Shown in pieces: positions 50,135 to 60,145 of a DNA stretch of 64,000 nucleotides (within the stretch, counting starts at the first letter, position 1; each line of letters begins with the position of its first letter). A program made the position numbers and the translations under genes. The notes under the pieces were generated by a model that saw only the letters and a program-made list of their open reading frames with translations, ran no database searches and was not told the DNA's origin. The DNA comes from Cyanophora paradoxa CCMP329 (taxonomy: Eukaryota; Plantae; Glaucophyta), in the NCBI GenBank assembly GCA_004431415.1, contig QPMI01000252.1, positions 38,309 to 102,308 of the forward strand, given 5' to 3'.

Positions 50135-52383
50135 ATGGCGGCGGATCGTGTGGTGAAGACGTTCATGGACGAGGAGAAGATGCCGAAGGTAACCGCCCGC
50201 CGACGTTCCCCATCGCGCCGCCGGCGACGCTGATTTCTGTCGTCGCAGAAATGGTACAACATCATGGTCAGTCGCCGCCCTGGGCCGTCCTAAGTCCCCA
50301 TCGGAAGTGCCCCTTGAGGGGATGACGTACGTCGCGCGCAGGCCGACCTCCCGACGCCGCTCGCGCCTCCGCTTCACCCGGCAACGCATAAGCCGGTGGG
50401 GCCTGAGGTACGTCGCCCCGCTTCGTCGGAGGTCGCGAAATCGGCTGAGTGGCGTCCGCGGTTCCCCATCGCAGGACCTCGCTCCGCTCTTCCCGACGGC
50501 GGTGCGTACGGACGCGCCATTCGTTCGAGTTAAAAACTAGAAACGAACGAAATCGGGCGACGCGCGGCTCGCGTCGCTCGTACGGCGCCGTAACGCCGCT
50601 CCGGTGCGCAGCTCGTCCGCCAGGAGATGGAGACGACGCAGTACATCGACATCCCGGAGGAAGTGCGGGAGATCTACCGGATCTGGCGGCCGACGCCGCT
50701 GTTCCGGGCGCGGCGGCTGGAGAAGGCGCTCGGGACGCCGGCGAAGATCTACTACAAGTGGGAGGGCGTCTCCCCCGCCGGCTCACACAAGCCCAACACG
50801 GCGGTCGCCCAGGCGTACTACAACAAGGAGGAGGGCGTGAAGAAGCTGGCGACGGAGACGGGGGCGGGCCAGTGGGGCTCCTCCCTCTCCTTTGCCGGCG
50901 CCCTCTTCGGCCTCGAGATCGAGGTCTACCAGGTCGCCGTCTCCTACAAGCAGAAGGCCCGCCCCCGCACCCGCCCCCGCCCCCGCCCCGCCCCGCCCCG
51001 CCCTGAGCTGACAGCCCCCGCAGCCGTACCGTGCGCGCGGTGCCGGGCGCGTGGACGGGGCGGGGCGGGGGTGACGCGTGGGGGGCGCAGGGCGGGCGCT
51101 GATGGAGTCGTACGGGGCGAAGTGCATCTCCTCGCCCTCGAACCTCACCGAGTACGGCCGCTCCGTCCTCGCCAAGGACCCCAGTGCGCCCCGCCGGCCC
51201 CTCCCCCGCCCCGCCGCGCCGACGCGGGTGCGGGGGCGCAGACACGCCGGGGTCGCTGGGGATCGCGATCAGCGAGGCGGTGGAGGTGGCGGCGAAGAGC
51301 GGCGGCAAGTGCAAGTACGCCCTCGGCTCCGTCCTCAACCACGTCCTCCTCCACCAGACCGTCGTCGGCCTCGAGGCCATCGAGCAGATGAACGTCCGCC
51401 CCGCCCCTCGCCCCGCCCCGCCCCGCCCCGCCCGCGCCGACGCGGCGGGGGGCGGGGCTGCAGGCGGTGGGGGCGTACCCGGACGTGGTGGTGGGGTGCG
51501 TGGGGGGCGGCTCCAACTTCGCCGGCATCGCCTTCCCCTTCCTCGGCGAGCGCATGCGCGGCGGCAAGAAGACGCAGTTCATCGCCTGCGAGCCCAAGGC
51601 CTGCCCCACGTCCGCCCCCCCCCCCCTTGCCCGCCCCCAGCGCCGGGCCGGGCGGTGCCCGAGGCGGCGGCGGGGCGCAGGCTGACGAAGGGCAAGTTCG
51701 CGTACGACTTCGGCGACACCGGCCACCTCACGTCCGCCCCGCCCCGCACCCGGCCCGGGCCGCCCGGAGGCTGACCTGGGGCGCAGGCCGCTGACGAAGA
51801 TGCACACGCTGGGGGCGAGCTTCGTGCCGCCGGGCTTCCACGCCGGCGGCCTCCGCTACCACGGCATGGCCGTGCGCCCCGCCCCGCCCCCTCCCGGCCC
51901 GCCCCGGGCCCGGTCCAACCCGCCGCAGCCGCTGGTGTCGCACGTGGTGGACCTGGGCCTGGTGGAGCCGCGGGCCTACTTCCAGAACGACTGCTTCAAG
52001 GCGGGGGTCCTCTTCTCGCGGACGGAGGGCATCCTCCCCGCCCCCGAGGCGAACCACGCCATCCAGGGCGCCGTCGACGTCGCCGAGGAGTGCAAGAAGA
52101 CGGGCGAGGCCAAGACCATCCTCTTCAACCTCTGCGGCCACGGCCACTTCGGTCCGCACCACGCACCGCCCCGCCCGCCCCCGCACGCCCCTCACCCCGC
52201 CCCCGCACCGCGCAGACATGGTGGCGTACAACGAGTATTTCGCCGGCAACGTGCGCCCCGTCCCGCCCCCGGGCCTCGGCGCAGCCTCGGGGCGGGACGC
52301 TGAGGGGCGGGGCGCAGCTCGAGGACAAGGAGTCGACGGACGCCGAGATCGGCATGGCCCTCTCCTGCCTCCCCAAGGTCTAA
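50135..52383 (+). CDS. trpB2: Tryptophan synthase beta chain type 2 (TrpB2)
   Basis: [24 protein letters not shown] (PLP lysine), [50 protein letters not shown]. Confidence 0.95.
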
Positions 52384-52560
52384 GGTCTCCGGGAGGACGG
52401 AGGCAAGACGAGGCTCTTTAGGCGTGGCGCTCTCTTCGGCGCGCTGCATCCAGGATTCTCAGACGAGGCCGTTTTAGCTCGACAGGCCGTGCATCGATAT
52501 TTGTATTGTCGCCGACGGGGGGTTCCAGCCTGTTTTCCCCATTTTTCAGTGAAAGGTTGG

Positions 52561-53135
52561 GTTTGAGCCTAGTAGCTATTGAAGTGAGAGTGCTGAGATC
52601 ATGATTGAATGATTTGTTTAAGCCTAGTAGCTATAGATCTGTTACAATGATCATGAGAGTACTGTACTGAGATCCGATAATCATGATCATGACTGAACTT
52701 AGTGAACTTCGGAATCATGGAACGATTTGTTTCACCGTGGCACCGTGGCACCTTGAGTCAACACACTGATCATGACCGTCGGGCTCTACTAGGCTAGTTG
52801 ACTCACAGGAGTCATGATCCGATGATCAGGGTCCCGACTCAGGGACTCCGGGATCACTGAGTCATGATCATGATTGCAATTGCTCGTACCGTACCGCAGT
52901 ACTACGGTACTCTCCGGCTCAGCAGAGTCTGCCAGGGCTGGTGCTTCAAAGGCTTCGAATTCGGATTTCAAGTTTCAATGCGAGCACTGCGGCACTGAGC
53001 AACTTGGCAACTTAAATCCGATGATCTCGACTCGAATTAGGAAGCTCGCTCCGCGGTTCGGAACGCCCGCGGCCCGGCCAGCAGCGTGGCGGCTACTAGC
53101 TATAGGCTACTAGGCTAGGCAATAGCTATAGCTAC
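52561..53135. repeat. AT-richer intergenic island of palindromes and micro-duplications (island 2)
   Basis: gttt(g/a)agcctagtagctat at 52561 and 52616; many TCATGA/TGATCA; ccgtggcaccgtggcacc; gtaccgtacc; gcaacttggcaactt. Confidence 0.7.
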
Positions 53136-53401
53136 CGGTCCGGGCGGGTCCCGGACTCGCGGCGACATCGCGGCTCTAGATCTGAGGCTCGAATCGGCGG
53201 TCTGTCCGCCGGCCGGGCGGAATCCTCAAGGAACCCAATGCCCCCGCGGGTCTCTTTCACAGGCTTTCTCTGCTTCCGCGGGAAGCGCGCTCGAATCCAC
53301 AAGAGGGCCGAATGGCGGACGCCCGCCAAGGAGGGCAGGCCTAGGGTCCGAGGGGCGACCCGGCCGCCCCGGCTGCGCATGCGGGAGGGGCCTCGGGCGC
53401 C

Positions 53402-54825
53402 TCACTTGGAGGCGATGGCGGCCTGGAGCTGCCCCGGGGTGACCTCGGCGTCGGTCTGGACGGCGAAGCTGACGAGGCGGCCGACGGCGCGGCCGACGTG
53501 GCGCTGGACGTCGTGCTGCAGCTTCGCCCGGATGGACGGCTCCAGCAGCTCCACCAGCTTGTTCACCGTGCTCTGCACCACCTGCCCGCCCCAGCACGCT
53601 CGCGCGGGAGGGGGGGCCGGGCGGCGGGGGCGGGGCGGGCGGGCGGGCCTTGTTGGAGTGCTCGAGGGCGACCTGGAGGGGGGCGAAGCTGCAGCGGACC
53701 TGGAGCTTCTTCGCCTCGGGGTCCAGGCACCCCTGCCGCCCCCCGCTCGCCCCCAGGCGGGGGACGGGGGGCGGGGGGCCGGCCGGCGCACGTCGATGAA
53801 GAGCATGCCCGAGGAGGCGGTGATGCGCGCCCGGCCCGTCCCTGCCGCCCCCGCCCCGCCCCGCTCAGCTCCGCCCGGGGGCGCGGGGGCGGGGGGCGGG
53901 GGCGCACGGGCTTCGTCGAAGACGGCGCCGAGCCCGAGGGGCAGGTTCTCCAGCGCGAAGTCCGTTTCCGCGCGGAACGAGAGCCCCGTCACTGCCACCG
54001 CCCCGCCCCGCCCGCTGTCACCCGCCGCCCTCCAGCAGGGCCGGGCGGGGGCGGCACCGATGACGCGGAAGGAGTCGCCCTCCTGGTCGGTGAGGGGGCG
54101 CTGGAACTGGATGTCCTGGATGCGGATGTTGCGCAGCGCGATCTGCGCCTTCTTCTTCCGCAGCCGCTCGTCCCCCTCGTCCACGATCGGCGGCACGCCC
54201 TTCCCCTTCGCCGCCAGCTTCAGGTTCTTCAGCGTCAGCTCCTGCGGGGCCGCCGCCTGAGAGGGCGGGGGCGGGGGGCGGGGGGGCTGCGGGGGCCGGG
54301 CGGGGCGGGCCTGGCGGATCTCGGTGAGGGCGATGTGGCCCTCCATAGTCGTCAGGCCCTCCTCCGCCTGCAGGCGCACCGCCTTCAGCGCGATCCGCGG
54401 GCCCCCGCGCGGCTTCAGCGCCGCGTCGATCGCCCTCCCCCCTGGCCCCGCCCCGCCCGTGAGCTCGCGCTCGAGGCGCGGTCGAGCCGGCTGCATGCGG
54501 GGGCGCACCGCCGGCCTTCGTGGCGAGGTGTGCGAGGCCGGCGAGGCAGGGGAGCGGGAGGCAGCAGGCCCAGCGCCCGATCATCTGCATCCGCGCCTCC
54601 TTCCGCCTCTCCTCCTCCGTCTCCGGCGCCTTCAGCGGGTGCCGCGTCGCGAAGAAATCGTACGGCTTGTGCAGCGCCTGCTCCACCTGCGCCCGCGTGA
54701 GCAGCAGCCGCGCCAGGCCGCGGCGCCCGGACCTTCTTGTTGTGTTGCGCGCGGGCAACGCCCGCGGCGACGTACGCGGCGCCACCCGCTGCCGCGAGGC
54801 CGCCCACGATTGCGATCTCGGCCAT
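53402..54825 (-). CDS. N-terminally anchored protein, possible TULIP (BPI/LBP/SMP-like) fold
   Basis: The gene is clear from splicing. The fold guess rests only on the pattern: a run of beta-like segments followed by a long helix (VNKLVELLEPSIRAKLQHDV). Confidence 0.5.
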
Positions 54826-55051
54826 TTCGGAGGCCCGCCCACTGGGCTGCTAGCCGCTGGGTCTGCGTTGAGTCGCCGCGCGTCGAGCTCCGGACCGGTC
54901 CAAGCGTTACACGAGCGGAGCCGCTGGGGATTCCGTCTTCTTTGCCCCTCTCGTTCGCCTTGCTCCGGCTGGTTGATGTCGACGCTGGGCCGGCAGCCGG
55001 GTTTGAGCGAAGGGCGCGTACCCGGCCGCGCCCGCTCGGCGCTCGCGCTGC

Positions 55052-56354
55052 ATGCTCCGGCTCGCGCGGCCAGCGAGGCGGCTGCTAAGCACGCGAGCGG
55101 ATCACGCGGCTGCGATCGTCTCGGAGAGCGCGCGCGTGGGCCGCGGGGTCGCCATCGGCTCGTACAGCATCATCGAAGACGGTCCGGCGCGCACGCCCCG
55201 GCCGCCGCGAGGCCTGATTGCGACCGCAGGCGTGTTCCTCGGCGACGGAGTTCGCGTCGGGACCGGCTGCGTGATCAGCGAGTACACGACGATCGGGGCC
55301 GGCACGACAGTCGGGGATGAGAGCTGCATCGGCTCCGAGCCGCAGGCGCGCCGCCGTCGATCATCGCGACTTTAGCTACGCTGACTCCGGCGCCCGCAGG
55401 ACCGCAAGTTCGCCGGCGAGGTGAGCACGCTGAGCGTGGGCGCGCGGTGCCGCATCGGGGCGCGCGTGACGATGAACCGGGGCACGCGGGTGAGCGCCCG
55501 CCGCGCCGTCGACGCCGTTGCGTTCGCCTGACGCGGGCGGGGGGGCAGGGCGGGGGCGGGGCGACAGTGGTGGAGGAGGAGGTGGAGGTGGGGGACGGGG
55601 CGCACGTCGCCCACGACTGCCGCGTGCGCCGCGGGGCGCGCCTCGGGCGGGACGCGCTGCTCGCCGGCCACGTCGACGTCGGCGAGGGCGCACGCCTCGG
55701 CGACCGCTCCGGCGTGCACCAGTTCCTCCGCCTCGGCCGCTGCGCCCGCGCCCTCCCCGGCACCGCCCTCGACGGGCACCTGGTGCCCTACGGCGTCGCC
55801 GGCGGGAACCGGGCGGCGCTGCTGGGGCTGGACCTGCCGCGCCTGCGCCGCGAGGGCGTGCCACGCCCCGACGCCCGCGAGCTCCTGCAGGCCCGCCCCC
55901 GCCCCGCCCCGCCCCGCGCAGCGCAGCGCAGCTCAGCGGGGCGCAGGCCTTCCGCTACCTCTTCCTCGCCACCCCCGCCAGCGCGCCCCCTTCGCCGCCC
56001 GGCCCCGCTGCTGGGCGCCCCCGCTGCCGCTGCCCCCGCGCCCGGCCCTCGCCGAACGCGTGGCGGAGCTGGAGGCGTGGCTGGCGGGGCGGGGGCGGGG
56101 GCCGGGGCGGGGCGGGGGAGCTGGTGCGGTTCGTGCGGGAGGTGCTGGACCCGGCGGGGCCCTGGAGCCGCCACGGCCTCTGCCTCCCCGCCGGCACCCG
56201 CGCCCCGAGCCGCACCCCGCCCTGGCTCCTCGCCCTCCAGCCCGCCCTCGCCCGCCGCACCGAGGCCCGCCGCCGCCGCCTCGGACTCCCGCACCCCGGC
56301 CCCGCCTCCGACCACGACAGGCAGCAGGACGGCCAGGGCAGGAACGAGAGGTAG
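55052..56354 (+). CDS. lpxA: UDP-N-acetylglucosamine O-acyltransferase (lipid A pathway), mitochondrial-type leader
   Basis: Hexapeptide repeats; PQ|DRKF, TMNRGT, GAHVAHDC, LAGHV, VHQF, VPYGVAGGNRA..GL. Confidence 0.9.
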
Positions 56355-56473
56355 CTACAGGAGGCTAGGTGACAGATAATAGACAGGAAGAATTCGAAAA
56401 GAACAGGAAGGGTGGGCAGAGCTGGGGTGTGGATGGGGTGGGGTGGAAGAGAGGGCGCAGAGGGCGGGGCCGG

Positions 56474-57445
56474 CTAAGATGGCGGGGCGGGCGGGAGAAG
56501 GTCGGAGGCGAGCTGGGCGAGGAGGGCCGGGGCGAGCCCCGCTGAGTGGAGGTACGCCTCGTGCTCGCACGCCACCTGCACCGTCCCCGCCCGCCCCGCC
56601 CCCGCCCCCGCCCCAGCCGCCTCCCGCAGGGCCCCCGCCTGGGCCTCGTTGAGGGGGAAGCGGAGGAAGTGCATGGCGCTGGTCTGCGCGGTGCGGGCGA
56701 CGCCGCGCAGGGGCGTGCCCCGGTCGTCCACCGGCTCCCCGCGCACGGCCTCGGGCCCCACGCGCAGCACGAAGGCCCGCTCGACGCCGAGCAGCCTCTG
56801 CAGCGCCGCCCGCCGCCGCCGCGCGTCCTCGATCCCAAACATCAGCATCGCCGAGAGCGAGCGCCCGTCTGGCACCAGCGGCCCGTAGGCCCGGATGTCC
56901 GCCTGGATCTGTCGAAGGGAGGCGCGCTGCGGCTTAGCCGCCCGCGGCCGCGGCCGCGCCCGGCGCACCTGGTCGGGCCCCGCGCGGAGGACGTACTGCA
57001 TCTCGTGCGCCTGCATCCACATCAGGTCGTAGTTGAGGAAGGTGAGGCTCGCGTAGGGGCCAATCTGCGCCCCGCCGCAGCCGCGCGCGCGCGCGTATGA
57101 GCGTCAGCTTGAGTCGCAAGGTACCGACCTGCAGGCGCAGGCTAGGACGCGCGCCCAGCGCGCGCGCACGCTGCGCACCTCCACGCGTCTGGAGTTCTTC
57201 ATGCGCGTCCTCAACGCCTGGAGCGGGCCGCGCAGCGGCGCGTAGTCCTGCATCGCCAGGAAGTGCTCGGTTCGAAGCTCGCGCGCCTCGCCGAAGAAAA
57301 CCGACGGCGGGCAGTCCGGCCCCAGGCGCGCCGGCTGTGGCGCTCCCGAAGGATCGCGTGTCGTGACGGCGCTCAGCTCGCGAAGCGGCCTGGGCGGCGC
57401 GCGCGGCCGGGCCGCCGCCAGGTGCCTAGGGAGCGCCCGCTGCAT
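56474..57445 (-). CDS. DUF3501-family protein with Arg-rich organellar leader
   Basis: KNSRRVE|IGPYASLTFLNYDLMWMQAHEM, AYGPLVP..LSAMLMFGIED..R..L..L.GVE, TSAMHFLRFPL, HEAY..LASDL. Confidence 0.82.
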
Positions 57446-57661
57446 CGATTACGACAAAATCGACCCCGCGTACCCCTGCGAACAGCGCTCTCGGCCGTTC
57501 TTTTCCCGTCGTTGCGGATCGCGCAGGCGCCGATCCCGACTGGTCCAGTAGCGGCGCGGTGGCGGGCGGCCGCGCCCCCGCCCGCATTCCGGCAGGACAG
57601 GTCTTCGCGCCTGCCGCGTCGACGCCGGACATTCACCCTCGCTCCGTGCATTGGCTTCGCG

Positions 57662-59907
57662 ATGTTGTTGACGCTCGTTGTCCTCCTCGTCGGCGCCGGC
57701 GCTGCAGAGGCGCTCGGCGCTCGGCGCGAGCGCTTGGGGGCCATGGCAGCGCTCCGCGCCGGCGACGAGGCGAGCCCCTCGTCCGCATTATCTTCGTCGA
57801 GCGCGACGCCGTCGACCAAGTTCACGGCCCTTCTGTTCGAGCCTCCGCGGCCGGCGAGCGAGACTCTAGCCTCGCGGATGCTCTCTTTGCTCCGCAGCGC
57901 GTCGTTCTTCATCGCTGCCCTTGTGCTGGGCGTGCTGAACCTCCCCGATGTTGCGCGGGCGGTGGCCACGGCGGTCTCTGTCGTGGTCTGCCTGCGGGAC
58001 CCCCGGAGTCTTGAGGTGGTCCGCTACACTTCGTTCGTCGTCGCCTACCTCGTCTCGTGCGTGTTCCGCGGCGCCCCGGCGGTATGCTGCCTTCTCTTAC
58101 GATCCCCCGGCGCAGCTTCCACGGGCAGAAGGAGGTGCCGGCCGAGCTGCGGCCGCCCGTCGTCGCCGACGTCCTCCCCGCCTGGGACCGGCAGCTCCTC
58201 AACGCGCGCCCCGCCCCTCCCCGGCACCGCCCCGCGCACCGCGGGGCCGCGAGCCGCCCTGTGCGCAGGGGCGCAGCGCGGACGAGATCTTCGCCGCCTC
58301 GAGCCACCCGGCCCTGGACGCCCTCTCCGCCGTCCCCTACGGCGCCCGCCCCCCGCGCGCCCCGCCCGCGCCTCGTCCAGGAGCCTGACGGGGGAGCGGG
58401 GGCGCAGGCATCCTCCACTACCTCTCCCCCTTCGTCTTCATCCTCTGGCTCTACCGCGTCAACCGCCCGGCCCTCAAGGCCCGCCCCCCGCCCCCCCGCC
58501 CCGCCCCGCGCTACCTCGGCCCGACGCGGGGCCAGCTGGCGGTGCGGGCGTTCGGGTGCATGAACCTCGCCTCCGTCGGCGTCCAGTTCCTCTTCCCCAC
58601 CGCGCCCCCCTGGACCCGCGTCCGCCCCGCCCCGCCCCGCGTCCGCCCCGCGGGGCCTGACCGCGGCGCTCGGCGCAGGACCTCTTCGGCCCCGGGGCCG
58701 AGCTCAGCTACGACACCCCGGGGTGCGCCCCCACGCGCGCCCCGCCTGCCCCGCCGGGCCGGGGTGCCCCCGGGCCGAGGGGGGCGGGCAGGTACGCGGC
58801 GGGGCTGCTGCGGTTCGACGAGGTGCTGCACGCCGCCCTCGGCCTCCGCCTCTTCGGGCCCATGTTCGAGTCCTCCCCCCTCGTCTTCGGCTCCTGGGTG
58901 CCCCCCCTCCCCTTTCCCCGCTCGAGGCGCCCCGGCGGGTGCGAGGGGGCGGCAGCCGTCGATGCACTGCGCGTGGCCGCTCTTCTTCGCCCTCTTCGGC
59001 GGCGCCGTCCGCCGCGCCTCCCTGCTCCTCTTCCTGCCCCACACCCTCTGGGTCGCCTGGTCCGCCCACGCCCCGCCCCGCCCCGCCCGCCCCGCCGCGC
59101 GCCGCGCCCCTCACCTCCCGCTCTCCGCAGGGCCGTGATGTACCTCAAGGCAGGCCGCGCCCCGCCCCCGCTCGCCCCCCGCCTGGGGCGCTGAGGGCGG
59201 GCAGCACCACTGGCTGGTGGACGTGCTGGGCGGCTTCGGCGCCGCCCTCGCCACCTACCTCCTCGCCCGCCCCGCCTACCTCCCCGCCGCCCGCCTCCGG
59301 CCCCGCTCCAGGTGCCACCCCGCGCCGCCCGCCGTGCTGGGGCAGGAGGCCCCCGAGCGCCGGCCGCAGGGCCGCGCGGGACGCCGGCTTTGAGCCCCTC
59401 GCCTCCTGCGGCAGCGCCCCCGTCGCCCCTGCGGAGGGGGCGAGGGCGGAGGGGCGGCGGGCGGCCCCGCGGCGCCCGCTCGGCGGCATCCTGCGCCGCG
59501 CCGCCGCCCTCCTCGCCCGCCGCCGCCCCGCCCCGCCCCGGCCCTCGGTTGCCGCGGAGGCGCCCGGGGTGCGGGACGGTGGGCGGACGGGGCGGCGGCG
59601 TACGTTTCCGACCCCGAGGGGTACGAGCTCCGCGAGGAGGGCGCCGCCGGTGCGCCCCGCCCCGCCTGGCCCCGCCGCCCCTCGCGGTGCGATGAAAGCG
59701 CGGCAGGCCCGGGGGGCCGGGGCGGAGGGCCTGGGGGCGGGGCAGGGGCCGCCGGAGCCCGGCTGCGGCGGCTGCCGGACGCCGAGCGGGAGGACCGCCG
59801 GCACGGGCCTCGAGATGCGGGCCCTCCCCGCGGCCCCGCCCCGCCCCGGCCCCGCCCGCCTCCCCGCCCCACCCGCCCCCGCACCCCGGCCCCGCCACCC
59901 GCGCTAA
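57662..59907 (+). CDS. AUR1-like inositol-phosphorylceramide synthase (PAP2 superfamily; 3' end approximate)
   Basis: SAVPYG|ILHY, QFLFPTAPPW, YAAGLLRFD, SPLVFGSW|PSMHCAW, AVMYLK|HHWLVDVLGG. Confidence 0.83.
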
Positions 59908-60145
59908 GCTCTCCAGATCCGGCGCGTTCTAGCTAGCTATGCTCCAGCTTCAGTCAGCTGCAGCGGGCGGCCCGGCCCGCGTGCAGCGCCATCCTAAAGC
60001 GCCCCATGCGGCCGCCGTTGACCTGTACAGTAATCTATTATATCATTTTGATGAGAGCGTAGCGCATGCATGCGCCGGATCGCCAGGTGACCGTGCGGGC
60101 GAAACCCCCCTCGCCGGATTCGAAGCAACAGGCGCAAGCGTCAGA

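Noticed and set aside
52561-53135. snoRNA cluster or tRNA in the ATGA/CTGA-rich island
   Set aside because: No ordered C-D'-C'-D layout with a guide and no cloverleaf; the motifs come from palindromic repeats.
29521-57445. Bacterial contamination or an HGT island (kdsB, trpB2, lpxA, DUF3501)
   Set aside because: All carry host-style spliceosomal introns and are interleaved with core eukaryotic genes.
1594-59204. Introns as an introner transposon family
   Set aside because: Similarity is limited to low-complexity CCCCG/GGGGC and splice signals; no shared unique core or consistent target-site duplication is visible.
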